A stretch of 64,000 bases of DNA from Felis catus (Eukaryota): NCBI RefSeq assembly GCF_018350175.1, contig NC_058368.1:213282001-213346000 (forward strand), read 5' to 3'. Position 1 is the stretch's first letter. The number at the start of each line of letters is the position of its first letter. The notes beneath the pieces were generated by a model. The model was not told the origin of the DNA and searched no databases. It saw only the letters and a list, made by a program, of their open reading frames with translations. Shown here piece by piece: positions 24,551-36,940 of this stretch. The position numbers were made by a program, and so were the translations under genes.

Positions 24551-25369
24551 ATTATTTGGGGTGGATTATGTTTAGAGACTTGATCACACACTAACTTAAG
24601 ATAATGTTCAGCTCTACTGTTAGACTGAACATAAAATTAGTTCCTTAATTTCATAAGTTCATCTTTGTGAATGACAGATCTTTTCACCGGAGCTGTACAT
24701 ATAAGTGCTGGGTAACTGGCTTATAATAGCTTGTTGCAATATGAGATATACAAAATATGACTTATTTGTTGGTTACTGTAATTTTTATAAACATTTATTG
24801 AGTTTGTATTTGAAAAATCATACTCTATTTTTAGGAATTCTGCTTTTTCCTTATACCCTGATTCTTGGTCCAGACTCTACATAGGACAGTTTCTTGGCTC
24901 GCCAACACTAGGTTGATCTGTGTTCCAAAGCCCTTCGTTTGATTGACTCTGGCAGTTTCTTCACCGTGTGGTGCCTTTTTTTGTGTGTGCCAGAAGGCCG
25001 AGGATATGTGGCATCTTTTATTCTATTTTAATTCCATCTTTTTCTTATCCTCCTTCCCACCCCCATTTTTTGAGAAGTAAATGTTATAACTGATAGATGC
25101 TAATTGACCAATTAGCTTTTGCATTGAGTAGGGGTGTGTAGAGATGGGTGCTTTGCAATCTGAACATCTTTAGTTATTTCCTGGCTTGATAATTCATGAA
25201 TGTGATTTGGCTGAAAGGTCCTGAATACTGAAGACATGGCATTTTAGGGAAGGACTTACTGGTGTTGCTAAGAATATTATCTGTTTTTGAATTGGAGTAT
25301 TATTATTTGTGTTCATGGGGATTTTTTTTTTTTTTTGCATTTATTACTTTATGGAAATCCCTTGTAGCT

Positions 25370-25575
25370 GCGTGGGTTTTAATTCTGGTTCTGTCATTGC
25401 TTAGCTCTGTGACCTTAGGCAAGTTTCCTGACCTTTCTGTGCCACATCTATAAAATGGAGGATTAATATTGCATATGCTGTAGGATTATGAAGATTGAGT
25501 TAATAAGATGTAATATGCTCAGAACGGCACCTGGCACGTACTAAGGGCTATATAAGTGTAATCACTGTTTTTGTC
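25370..25575 (+). mobile_element. MIR
   Basis: ttagctctgtgaccttaggcaagtttcctgacctttctgtgcc...cctggcacgta. Confidence 0.8.
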
Positions 25576-25632
25576 ATTATTCCTATTATCTTTTGTACTA
25601 TGATATGATTTGATTAAAAGGAGCATGGGGGA

Positions 25633-25837
25633 GGGGAGCCTGTGTGGCTCAGCCGGTTAAGCATCTGACTCTGGATTTTGGCTCAGGTCATGTTCTCACA
25701 GTTCAGTTCATGAGTTGGAGCCCTGCGTTGGCCTCTGCGCCCTGACCTCGGGGAGCCTGTTGGGATTCTGTCTCCCTCTCTCTCTGCCCCTCCCCTGTTC
25801 GCATTCTCTTTGTCTCTTTCAAAAAAAAAAAAAAAAA
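25633..25837 (+). mobile_element. Can-SINE
   Basis: TSD agcatgggggag at 25622-25633 and 25838-25849; A18 tail; (TG)n nearby at 25888-25913. Confidence 0.92.
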
Positions 25838-26655
25838 AGCATGGGGGAGTTTTATCAAACACTGTTTTTCCCAAAAGTCTTGGGTTTTGTGTGTGTGTGT
25901 GTGTGTGTGTGTGTTTTGATGTGCAACAAAGGGCTTGAATTAACTGATTTGCATAAATACCTGAGACTGTTTTGGTGCGTGCCACCCTGCAGTCTATGGC
26001 TTGGGAGAGGGCCACGGACACATCTGTCGGGTTGCAAGAGTAACGCTCCTGGACATTTCCTCCTAGCAGGGAGTAGCAGGGCAGGGTGAGGGGCAGAATT
26101 CTCCATCACCAGGGTGCTGTCCTTTATAAGCCCCAACCCTCACTGTGGCTGTCTGATCTGGTGATGGCCTTTAGTAACCAGGTGTCACACTGGAAAATCC
26201 TCTTGCTGGCGGTCATCTTCAAACTGAGGGAAGATTTACATTCAGGCATCTGACATGCTATTCAAATGAGTTTGCCATCTTATGCACATGTTGGTAGGGC
26301 TAAAAATATTTTATTATTTTAGCATTTGTGCCAAGCCCGTCTTCTAGTGCTTCACAGGATCTTTTATGTTATGTAAATTATCTCATGGTCAGATGACTGA
26401 AAATGGAGCTACAAATTACTTTTGCAAGGAGTGGAGCAGGAACACGTCTAGTATGAGGAGACAGGCCCTTGGTCATAATTTTGGGTTAATGACAAAAAAA
26501 AAGGAACCAGGTTAGGATTAAGCAGTGAATTTACTGTGCTTGGATAAAAATGGGCTTAGTGGACAAAATTGGGGCTTAGAGATCTACTTTCACATCATTA
26601 AAATACTTGTACTTCACGACAAGATTTTATTGTCTTTTCAAATTTGTTTTGTTAG

Positions 26656-26785
26656 CCACCGATCCCAGGAACCATACGGTGATGTTTGACACACTTAAGG
26701 ACTGGTGTTGGGAATTGGAGCGGACCAAAGGCAGTGTCAAGTACAAAGCAGTGAGTGTCAATGAAGGCTATAAAGTCTGTGAAAG
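26656..26785 (+). CDS. MTMR12: MTMR12 exon 7 (130 nt): ATDPRNHTVMFDTLKDWCWELERTKGSVKYKAVSVNEGYKVCE(R)
   Basis: Acceptor ttgttag|CC, donor AAG|gtaagc; overlaps ORF 26607..26789. Confidence 0.96.
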
Positions 26786-26806
26786 GTAAGCATTCAGTGC
26801 TCTGCC

Positions 26807-27490
26807 TTTTTTTTTTTTAACAGCTTTATTGAGATTGAATTCACATGCCATACAGTTCACATATTTGAAGTACACAGTATTTTGAGATCTGTTCACAGAG
26901 CGTGAAACCATCACCACAGTCCATTTTAGAACATTTTCGTCAGCCCTAAAAGAAACCTCATGCCCCTTAGTAGTTGCCCCTCATGTGCCCTCAACACCCC
27001 TAGCCCTAGGTAACCTCTGGTCCACTTTCTGTCTTTATAGTTTGCTTATTCTGGAGATTTCATGTAAATGGAATCATATCGTAAAGTGGTCTTTATGCTT
27101 GGCTTCTTTCACTTACTGTGATGTTGTCAAGGCTCGTCCATGTTGTTGCATGTATCAGAATTTCATTCATTTTTATTGTTGAATAAGATTCCATGGTATG
27201 GATGTACCACATTTTATTTACTCATCAGTTTATAGACATTGGGTTGTGTTCCCTTTTTGGCTATTTTGAATAATGCTGCTATGAACATTTGTATACAAGG
27301 TTTTATGTGCACAGAGGTTTCCAGGTCTTTTGTGTATATATATTTATATATACACCTAGAAGTAGAATTGCTGGCTCATGTAGTAACTCTGTTTAACTGT
27401 TTGAGGAACTGCCAGACTGTTTTCCACGGTGACTGTACCATTTTACACTCCCATCAGCAGGGTGTGAGGTTGCCACATTTTCCCACATTG
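26807..27490 (-). mobile_element. L1 (L1MA/MB-like) 3' fragment starting ~20 nt after the exon 7 donor
   Basis: ttttaacagctttattgagat...aatgctgctatgaacatt...tttgaggaactgccagactgttttcca. Confidence 0.9.
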
Positions 27491-27649
27491 AAACCATGCT
27501 TAAGAAAACCTTAAGGTGTCCCTTAAAACATTCAGAAATGAATTTGTGTCTTTTTGTGTGTGTCTTTTTTTCCATTTTATCTGTAGTCCAAGTGTAAAAC
27601 GATTAGAGGCATTTCTGAATTTATATTGTGTATTTGCTTTACTTTTCTT

Positions 27650-28135
27650 GGGCACTTTATTCAGTAAAAATCTTTGAGTGGCTACTGTCATGCCAGGTAG
27701 TGACCTAGCTACTGGAGATACAGCACTAAGAATTCCTGCCCTCCTGGAACTTTCATTCTGGCAGGAGGCAAACTATGAGAGAACAAATGAGTGAATAGAG
27801 TGTATTAAAAGGTAGTTAAGTACTGTGGAGAAAATTAAATCAGCAACGGACTAGGGAGTGCTGGGGGGTGTTGGTGCGGAGGTTGGTCAGGCACAGGGGA
27901 CAGTGCAAAATCAAAGACCCTGAGGTGGAATCTAGTCTGGCTTCTGTGAGGAACAGCAAGGAGCCCAGGGGCTGGGGAGCAGTCATCAGGGGACAGAGGA
28001 GTAGGGGTGAGGTCAGGGCGCAGAGGGGTGGTTGGATGGTTACGGTAGGAGGCTTTCAGAATTTATCATGCGGTGAGGAGGAGTTTGAGCAGAGGCGTGA
28101 TGTGATCTGACCTACATTTTTAAAGGATGACTCTG
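27650..28135 (-). mobile_element. L2 fragment
   Basis: tttattcagtaaaaatctttgagtggctactgtcatgccagg...gaggaacagcaaggag...tgatctgacctacatttttaaagga. Confidence 0.7.
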
Positions 28136-28979
28136 CATAATCCTCTTTTAGAAACTTGAATCTTATCATTTTGGGACATATTCCCCAGCACGCTGCTAAT
28201 AGTTTTATAAGATTTGTATTTTTGTAAAGCATTTTGTATTTATGGTTCTGATGGGCCTCTTCACATCAGTTTTGATTTTGATCAATCTCAAATATCTATC
28301 AAGTTAGCTCTCCTGACACAGCACAACCTGGAGTGGCAGTGGGGAGGGACCTGCAGAGCAAGTGTCACCTTCCCATTCCCACCCTCCTCCTCCACTCTTT
28401 CCTAGTCAACAAAGCTTGGAAAGGGAAGGCTAGCTCTCCCTCAGAAAGAACTTAGAAATCCCTGCACCCAGGAGGTGGTAGCATGTAATGTGATGTTGAC
28501 ACTGATAGGAGGCATCCCCGTTCTCAGAAAGGTTTTTAAAAATCCTGCCATGGACTGATTAAATTCATTAGGATTTGTGTAGTTCTCAGCACACCAAAAA
28601 TATACTTGGTAGGGAAGGCAGGTGGGGAGAAAGCCTTTAATGAGTGGTTAGCAGGGAAAACGAAGCTTTAGCAAGATTTTAGTGCTTAGAGCACCTGGTG
28701 CCAACACACCCCCACCTTGGGCTGCCCCAGCCACACATACCGTCCTCTACCCTTTTCTGTCCCAAGGGGAAGAGACGGGGCAAGTTGTGCTTTGTTTCTC
28801 ACCCGGACCAAGGTGGTGCAGCCTGCTGGTCTCCCCAGTGTTCATTGCTATATTTACAAGGCGCTTCGTGTTTGACTCCTGCCCGACTGCCTTCTGTCCA
28901 GTCCCCTGGCCACTCTGACCCCCTGCCATAGACCTTGCCTGAGTGGTCTCCTGTTGGGGGTGCTCCTTTGTCTTTCAGC

Positions 28980-29292
28980 TGCAGGAGGGTAGTTCCTTCC
29001 AGCTTGTGTGTCAGATATTAGCCCAGGTGTTACTTTCATAGGGAGCCTTCCCAGGGCTAGGCCAGGTCTCTGGGAGAGCTTTCATTGCACTTACTGTATG
29101 CCTCTCTTCACAACACTTCCTACAATTGTGAGTTTATTTTTATCTGTGTCACTGTTTGGAAATGTTTGCTTCTGCAACCTGGCAGGTCTGGAGAGATTCA
29201 GGGACACTGTTTTCGTTCATCACTATATCCTCAGTCCCTAGTACAGTGCCTGGTTTTGAGAGGCACTCCATAAATAGAATGAGTAAATTAAT
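28980..29292 (+). mobile_element. L2 3' fragment
   Basis: gttcatcactatatcctcagtccctagtacagtgcctgg...aggcactccataaatagaatgagtaaat. Confidence 0.65.
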
Positions 29293-29980
29293 GGAAGTCC
29301 TTCCTTCAGTAGTGAGAGGGCACTCCAACCAATTTGGATAAGAATAGGAAACTGAGTTTCTGCTTCATCTCCCAAGGTCAGAGCTGGCTCTTTACCAGTC
29401 TTCCTTCTGAAAAGCCTTTCTGAAGGCCTTTGTCTCATCCTGCCTCCTGTCAAGGTATCAGAAGGCCCGTTACCCTGCAGGGTAACGTATAAACCAGTGC
29501 TGCCTCAGGAAGACATTGCTGCCCTGATGTTGTCACTCTGAGGGTTTCCTCACCCTAAGTAAGGCTGTGCCTGAGTGGACTGGACAACTTTCCTTGAATA
29601 TTTATTTTGAATATTTCCTTGAATAATAAAGTCGTCCTGTATTGGGAAAGGCTGTTTACTTGAAACTTGTCCTAATGACTAAAATGACTGCTCTCCAAGG
29701 AGGGAAGATTAACTGTTTGTGGACATTGGGAGCCTCACAGCAGAGACTCCTTAGAACTTCCTTGTAGTTCACTGGGACAGGAGAGAACATCTTGAACTCC
29801 CGTCGCTGGTGCACAGCTGTCCATCTCTGTGCGCCCTCCTTTCTGTAGCCACTGGATCTGACGTTTTTCCCCCTTTGGTGAAAGACTATTTATAAGAGAA
29901 AATTAACTGGCTAACCAACATTGTAAAATAGCCTCACTTGTAGGGGAAAGACATGCAAATTTTTTAAAACAACGTGGCCC

Positions 29981-30222
29981 AGGAGCGCCTGGGTGGCTCA
30001 GTCTGTTGAACATTGGACTCTTGATTTTGGTTCAGGTCGTGATCTTGCGGTTTATGGATTTGAGCCCTGAGTCGGTTTGTGGATTTGTGCCCTGAATTGG
30101 GCTCTGTGCTGCCAGTGCCACTGCTTGGGATTCTCTCTCTGCCCCACCCACCCTGCTCACGTGCACGTGTGTGCTCTCTCTCTCAAAAATAAATAAATAA
30201 AAATAAACTAAAAAATAAAAAT
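29981..30222 (+). mobile_element. Can-SINE with an internal 25-bp tandem duplication
   Basis: Head ggagcgcctgggtggctcag; duplicated unit at 30048-30097; A-rich tail. Confidence 0.9.
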
Positions 30223-30333
30223 ATTGTGGCCTAAGCTGGGGAGGGAGCTGAGACTTGGGGCTGAACCCACCACACAGGTGGCTCCCCTCTGCAGACTGAG
30301 AAACAGTGGTCTGTGTATAAGCTGCCATCCAGG

Positions 30334-30630
30334 GCAGTGCTGCTCCCAGTTTGCGCAGCTAAATCACCTGGGAGCTCGTTAATGTGCAGATTCTGATCAC
30401 TAGGTGTGAGGTTGGGCTTGAGAGTCTGCTGTCCAGGTGGTGCCCCTGCATACCTGGAGCGGTAGGGTCTTCTAGGAGCAATAGGTAGGAGCAATAGCCA
30501 TCATCCTGTTTCTATACCAGGAGGGCTTTTCAGCTTTGGATTTTCTTCTTCAGGTTTCTGATATTTCATAGTTCTGGGGTGGAGCCTGGACATAAGGAGG
30601 TTTTTAATTTTCCCATGTGATTTTAATGGG
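30334..30630. mobile_element. MER5A/B-like hAT fossils
   Basis: aaatcacctgggagctcgttaatgtgcagattctgatc...; ctggggtggagcctgg...tttcccatgtgattttaatgggcagcc. Confidence 0.6.
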
Positions 30631-30894
30631 CAGCCTTATTCGTTGATTTGTGAAGAGGTATTTATGTATGTATGTATTTCTTTTACTTCAGTGGTAACAC
30701 CTGAACAAGGAACACCTTACCACCCATCCCCTTAAGCACACATCTAATAAAATATTCTGGACACTGCAGACTTCAAAAGCCAAATAATTCTTAACAGTTT
30801 TGATGGTTTGAAGTATCTTCTCCTTGACCAGTAGTTTCTAAACCTGATTTTATATTATAATATAATGGGCACTTTTTTCTTTTTAAACACCTTT

Positions 30895-31850
30895 AAGATT
30901 TTTTTAAGTGGAAAATTTCAGGCAGTATAAAAGAGAATATGATGAATTCCCTTTCATTCATCACCCACCTTCAACAATTCCCTTTTTTTAAGTTTTTTAT
31001 TTTGAGAGAGACAGAGTGTGAGTCAGGGAGGGCGCACCTGCCAGCACAGAGCCCAGTGTGGGGCTTGAACCCACCTGTGAGATCATGACCTGAGCTGAAA
31101 TCAAGAGTTGGACGCCTAACCAACTGAGCCATGCAGGTGCCCCAGCAATTTTTAACTCGTGCCTAATCCTATTTTCTCTGTGTTTCCCCTGAATTATTTA
31201 TTTATTTATTTATTTTCCCCTTGAATCCTTTTGGAATAAATCCCAGACCTTACCACATTTCATTCATGAATATTTTGGTATACATCTCTAATAATTAAGG
31301 ATTCTTTTTATAAATATAATCATAAAACTGTTGTCACCCCTTTCAAATTTAACATTAAAACCATCAATACCATTCAATAGCCAGTCAGTATTCAGAATGT
31401 CCCCATTGTTTTATAAACTTTTAAAACAATTTTTCATCTTTTTATGTTTTATCATTAATCAAGACTCAATGAGATTGATCTCTTGCCATTGATTGATAGG
31501 TGTCTTAAGTGTCTTAATCTATAGATTGTCCCACCATTATTTGTTTTCTTGCTTTTCAGTGTTTGTTTATTTTTGAAGGAGAGAGAGAGTGTGAGCGTGG
31601 GAGGGACAGGGAGAGTGAGAGGGAGACAGAATCCGAAGCAGGCTCCAGGCTCTGAGCTGTCAGCACAGAGCCCAACAAGGGACTTGAACTCATGAGCCAT
31701 GAGATTATGACCTGAGCCGAAGTCAGACACCCAATGGGGAGCCACCCAGGTGCCCCCATTATTTGTTTTCTTGCAATTTATTTGAAGAAACCAGGCTATT
31801 TGATTGTTTCTTATAATCTAGATTCGGTTGGTATTTAAAATAGTGCCCCC
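30895..31850 (-). mobile_element. Old L1 (L1MC-like) fragment carrying two minus-strand Can-SINEs (30982-31143, internally deleted; 31553-31755)
   Basis: L1-like aaatcccagac...catttcattcatgaatatt; the second SINE has a perfect 19-bp TSD ccattatttgttttcttgc (31534-31552, 31756-31774). Confidence 0.75.
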
Positions 31851-32249
31851 CCATGGATTGATTAGATTTAATGACTTGATCACATTAAAATTCTGATCTC
31901 TTCAACTTAGAAGGTCCCTATGTCTCATCACCTAATATGTAACGGATTTACTTAAAATGTGCAGTGTGCATACAAGTGGCATCTGATTATTTTCCATTAT
32001 AGTTACACTACAGTTAAACTTCTTATTTCCCATGAGGCTTTATTTTAAGCTCTTTGACTGAAAGGTGTTTGTAGCTCACAGTGATGCAACTTACGCAGGT
32101 TTCTTATTAATAGAAACCTGCATCTGTTAACTAGAGGAAGAGGTGGTGTCCCTGTATAGCTCTGATCTTTGCAACTCTGAAACCTAACTTTCCCACATCC
32201 TACCACTTAACAGGTTATTTTTAGAACCTAAAATTTCTCATGCAGAAAC

Positions 32250-32460
32250 TGAAGTCATACTGGTTGGGTTCAGAGTGTAGCTCTCCTAATGCTTACTAGT
32301 TGTATAACCTGTGAAGGACCTTAGTGGCCCTGTCTCAATTTCTTTATCTGTGAAATGGAATAATAGTAGTACATACCTCATAAGAGTTGTCAGGAGGATT
32401 AAATGAATAATTTGTGTTACCTAATTAGAGTCTGGCATACAGTAAACACTTATTTGTTTG
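32250..32460 (+). mobile_element. MIR
   Basis: tctcaatttctttatctgtgaaatggaataatagtagtac...gaggattaaatgaataat...ctggcatacagtaaacact. Confidence 0.8.
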
Positions 32461-32505
32461 TTGTTGTCAGAGTGCTTGATAAAATGTCTCGGCAGCAGTC
32501 ATCTT

Positions 32506-32712
32506 TTTTTTTTTAAGTTCATTTATTTTCAGAGAGAGACCACAAACAGGGGGAGGGGCAGAGAGAAAGGGAGAGAGAGAGAGAGAACCCCAGTCAGGTT
32601 CCATGCTGTCGGTGTGGAGCCCAACACGGGTTGAACCCACAGACCATGAGATCATGATGTGAGCTGAAACCAAGAGTCAGATGCTTGACCGACCAAGCCA
32701 CCCAGGTGCCCC
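32506..32712 (-). mobile_element. Can-SINE
   Basis: TSD ggcagcagtcatctt at 32491-32505 and 32715-32729. Confidence 0.93.
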
Positions 32713-32839
32713 TAGGCAGCAGTCATCTTAATTACTGGTTTTCGTATTGGTCTGACTGAAACAACATGGATGCTTAATTGCCACTATATGATGAGAAAGA
32801 TCACTCCCAATTTTGGAATTCATATATTTTTAGATATCA

Positions 32840-32950
32840 CAGATTCCAGTCCCCTCATTTCATGGATGAGGAAACAGACCCAGAGAGGTGGGGTAGCTTA
32901 CTTAGGGTCACACAGAATCAGAGGCAGAGCTAGGATTTGAACCCAGAGTC
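32840..32950 (-). mobile_element. MIR core
   Basis: catttcatggatgaggaaacagacccagagagg...agggtcacacag...ggatttgaaccc. Confidence 0.8.
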
Positions 32951-33116
32951 CCAACTGACTTGGCCAGAGATAATTCATGTACATTTGCTCTTCTTAACAG
33001 GAAAATAAGGTTCATGTCCTGCCACTCTGCTTTCGCTTCCTCAGTTCATTAAAGTTGAGCTTTCATATTTAGTGAATTACTCTAGTACTAAAACTGGTGA
33101 CATCTCTTTCTTCTAG

Positions 33117-33192
33117 ATTGCCAGCATACTTTGTTGTCCCCACCCCTCTTCCCGAAGAGGATTTGTCACGCTTTCAGGGTCACGGCATACCA
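33117..33192 (+). CDS. MTMR12: MTMR12 exon 8 (76 nt): RLPAYFVVPTPLPEEDLSRFQGHGIP
   Basis: Acceptor tttcttctag|A, donor CCA|gtaagt. Confidence 0.95.
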
Positions 33193-33818
33193 GTAAGTAC
33201 ATCTAGAAACCCTAATAGCCGTGGGTTGCTCATCAACCCATTCTGACAAATTATTCTATTTAAAGCCGTTGGCTTTGGTCCTCCGTTCAAAACTGATCCA
33301 TAAATATCTCAGGGAGTCACTAAAAAAGTTTCTCTCTCAGACTTGACGCTCCCTAGGACAGAGCTCTAAAGCTTTCACAGATGCAGTAGAGTTTTTAGCA
33401 GAAACATCTTAGAGATTTAAGAGGATTATGTATCTGTCTAGTATTGAAAGCCAGCCTGATTTAACACCTGAAATCATTTTGAGGCTGAGCTAGCTGACCA
33501 CCCTAAGGGAATAAGGTTTAAGATTCTTTTGGGCCCCACTATTAATTTTTGAGTGGGCGTGGCCATGTTTTCTCCCAGAGGCAACATGGAGAACTAACTT
33601 ATTTTTCACAGAATAGACTGGGATGGGAGCCATATTTAATGTGTCACTGATCAAAGAAAGCAATACTTTGGCAGTTACTCCAGTTTCTAATTGGTGGCGG
33701 GAGTTGCCAAGCCTTCAGGGAATTTAGTAAGGAATGAGAATTATAAATAAATGCTGTGCTGTGCACATGGCTTGTTCACCAAAAAGGTCATTCCTGTATG
33801 GGAGTCGAGATGTTTAAT

Positions 33819-34124
33819 CAGAGGTCACGTGTTCAGAAGCCCATGCAGGCAGGTAGGTAATGAGCTTGGCCCTTGGCAGTGAACCAGATACCATCCGCCT
33901 GAGTTAAGGGGAGTCTGCTTCTCTGTGCCAGCCAATTTGTGCTGTGTGGGAATATGGGCCTTGTCTTGCCAGATATCTGATTTTTCAGGAGAAGCCAGAG
34001 ATAGGGATTTTTATGTGAGTTGTGAGTTTTCCCAGTTTCTAAATGTATGCAACTGATTTAGATGTTTAAAAAACTCTGGTCTTTGGGCTAGAGTTGGCTC
34101 ATGTCCCACCAGTTTACAACCTTT
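33819..34124. mobile_element. MER102-like hAT-Charlie fossil
   Basis: gccagatatctgatttttcaggagaagccagaga...gatttttatgtga...ccaccagtttacaacc resembles MER102 from memory. Confidence 0.55.
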
Positions 34125-34129
34125 GAGAG

Positions 34130-35727
34130 CTGTGGTTTTCACACTTTCTGGTCTTAGTGCTCAACACTCTAAAACATTATTGAGGATTTCAAGGAGTTTT
34201 TGTTTATGTGGATTATATTGTTTCATATTTGCCATATGAAAAACTAAAAACTTACTGCTTATTTTAGCAATAAACTTAACTACATTTTAATCTAAGTGAC
34301 ATATTTTTGTGAAAAATAACTATTGTTCAAAACAAACAAAAACATAGGATAACAGTGTTTTACATTCTTAAAAATAGAAGACCACCGAATTCTTCTATCT
34401 GCCCCTTTCATTCAGTGTGTTCTAGTATGGTAGCGTTTGGTTGAAGTACATGAAAATCCAGCCTCACACAAATCCATATTTGGGGAAGGGAGGAATATTT
34501 ATTAGCCTTTTCAGATAACTGAGAATATTGTTCTTTGATGGTACACCAAAAAAAAAAAAAAAAATGATTGGTAGTTTCATAAAGGTTAATTGCAATAAGG
34601 AATCTGAAAATATAATGAATTTTTCATTCTCTGCTAAATTAAAACCCATGGGTCTGTCTTGTACTTGTCATAGATCTTAAAACATGAATGATTTTATGAC
34701 GTTATATAGTGGTCATTTGGAAAATGTTGGTTCACTGGGCTGTACAGATCATCCAAATATTAACTTACTTCCTTATATAATATAAAAATCAGAAGTGCCT
34801 GGGAGCTCAGTCAGTTGAATGTCCAACTTTTTTTTTAAGTTTATTTATTTTGAGAGAGAGCGCACACAGGGGAGGGGCAGAGAGAGGGGGAGAGAAGGAG
34901 AATCCTTGGGATTTTCCCTCTGTCCCTCTCCCCCGCTTGTGCTCGATCTCATGCTCTCTCTCTCTCTCTAAAATTTTAAGAAATCACATTCATTAGCATT
35001 GTCTTTGTCTTGTCAGAAGTCTGTATATTTTGGGAAGCTGTCCAGCTGGAGTCAGAGGTTAGTTTTACACAATTCTGATTTTTGCTTGAAAGTTCATTTT
35101 TTATTTGCAACAATCTGTCAGTTGTTTTCCTTGAAGTGGCAGGGTCACTTCATTTTTTTTTTGAGGATGCATCTGCCAGATTCCAAAGTCTGAACACCCG
35201 TTGTTTGACTCGCACTCATTCTGTATGGGTTTTGGTTTTTTGGTTTTTTTCCTCACTCATTCTTTCAATTCCATGGAAAGAGCAGCTAGTTCGCCTCTCA
35301 GCTCAGGCACACACGTGCTCTTTCTTGTGACCAACACCATTTCAGTGCTTACTTCCCACTCCATCACACGGAATAGAAAGCATATTACTATTAAATTGTC
35401 CATAATGGTCAAGATTAATAACATTAATAATTTTTAGTCCTTCATTAAGGACATTCTCAAGTGAAAGAGAATTTTTTTTCCTGTGAGTGTGTGGCAGCGA
35501 AGAATACAGTGGTGACCGATGGCATCTGGTGGTGGTGCCTTGGTTGGTGCTAAGACACCAGCACTTTTGCCCACCAGGGCTTTGCCATAGGTGCGAATGT
35601 CAACACTGTGAAAAGGACACAGTTACCCCTTAATATTTATTCTCAGAACACCTGAAAGGGTCTTGGGACCCTGCCCCCACCCCCCACCCCCCACCATGCC
35701 TCCATCTCAACATTTTAAGAATTGCTG
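34130..35727 (-). mobile_element. Charlie1-family DNA transposon fossil, apparently with both termini
   Basis: Left end ctgtggttttcacactttctggtctt...attattgagga...tttgtttatgtgg; right end cctgaaagggtcttgggaccc...tttaagaattgctg; both resemble Charlie1 ends from memory. Confidence 0.7.
34793..34980. mobile_element. Rearranged composite Can-SINE (+ head / - tail / + tail)
   Basis: Head fragment 34793-34827, reverse tail 34828-34905, forward tail 34906-34980. Confidence 0.8.
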
Positions 35728-36593
35728 TTGTAGAAGAATGAAAATGAACGTCTTCATTTCTCAGCCTTTCAGAGATGGATCTAGGGAAAGAAGGTGAGCT
35801 CTGTGGGAAGAGACAAATACGAATTGTCCACACCTGTGCAAACAGGCCGCTTTTCCACCTGGCGTTGTATGAAATTTTGATACTGTGTTCTAGCCAGGCC
35901 TTCAGGCTGAGGAGTAGGAAGTGTTCTGCTAAGACCTGAGTGGGGAACCAGCAACATAACTTTGATAGAAACAGTAGGAAAGTGTTCTCACTTTTTCAGA
36001 TCTGACTTCATGATATGTCCTGGAAGTTGTTAGTGGAGTTTGCATGAACGGACAGCAGAAACATTTTGTACGTAATGGAATTTTCACATTTACCCAGGGA
36101 ACACAGAGCTCTCGGTACACATAACGTAAAATTTGCCATTAATGGCATTTATGTATTCACAATGTTGTACAACCATTACTGCTTTCTAGTTCCAGAACAT
36201 TTGCGTATCTCCATGCTTTTTTTACCCTGACTTTTCAGCTAGTCTGTTTTTTTCTTGCCTTCACTTATTTTCAGTGAAGACCTACATCGTTTGTAAATTC
36301 AGTCACATCCTTGCTCTAATAGCGACTTTGACGTCCTCTACCCTCTGCTGTTCTCCAGCCCCTGAGTATATTTTCTGGCCGTGGGGCTAGTGAACATTGC
36401 TAAAGATGATTCAAACCAAACAGCAGAGTGTTCCTTAATGGGATATGCGAAAGCCATGTTACCTTGCCTCTGTTGGGCCTTTGTTCTGGCTCAGCAGTCT
36501 GTTATTTAACTCCTTTTGGATCCTGTATCATTCTTCCCTGGGGCTGGTGTAAACCATCTTTGCATTCTTTTTAAGTTTGTAAATTCCATTCTT

Positions 36594-36940
36594 TTTTTTT
36601 TTTTTTTTTAAGTTTTATTTCCTTTAGTAATCTCTACTCCCAGTGTGGGACTCAAGCTCATGACCCTGAGATCCAGAGTCACAGAGTCACATGCTCTTCC
36701 AACTGAGCCTGCCAGGTGCCCCTGTAATTCCATTCTTCTTCTTTTTTTTTTTTTAAGTTTATTTATTTTGAGAGAGAGAAAGCCCAAGTCCAAGAGGGGC
36801 AGAGAGAGAGAATCCCAAGCAGGCTTCACACTCGGTACAGAGCCTGACGTGGGTCTCAATCCCACGTCATGAGACCCATGACCCGAGCCACTATCAAGAG
36901 TTGGACTGTTCAAACGACTGAGCCACCCAGGCAACCCCCC
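36594..36940 (-). mobile_element. Two tandem minus-strand Can-SINEs (short 36594-36722, long ~36741-36940)
   Basis: Target site present three times (36578, 36723, 36943). Confidence 0.9.
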
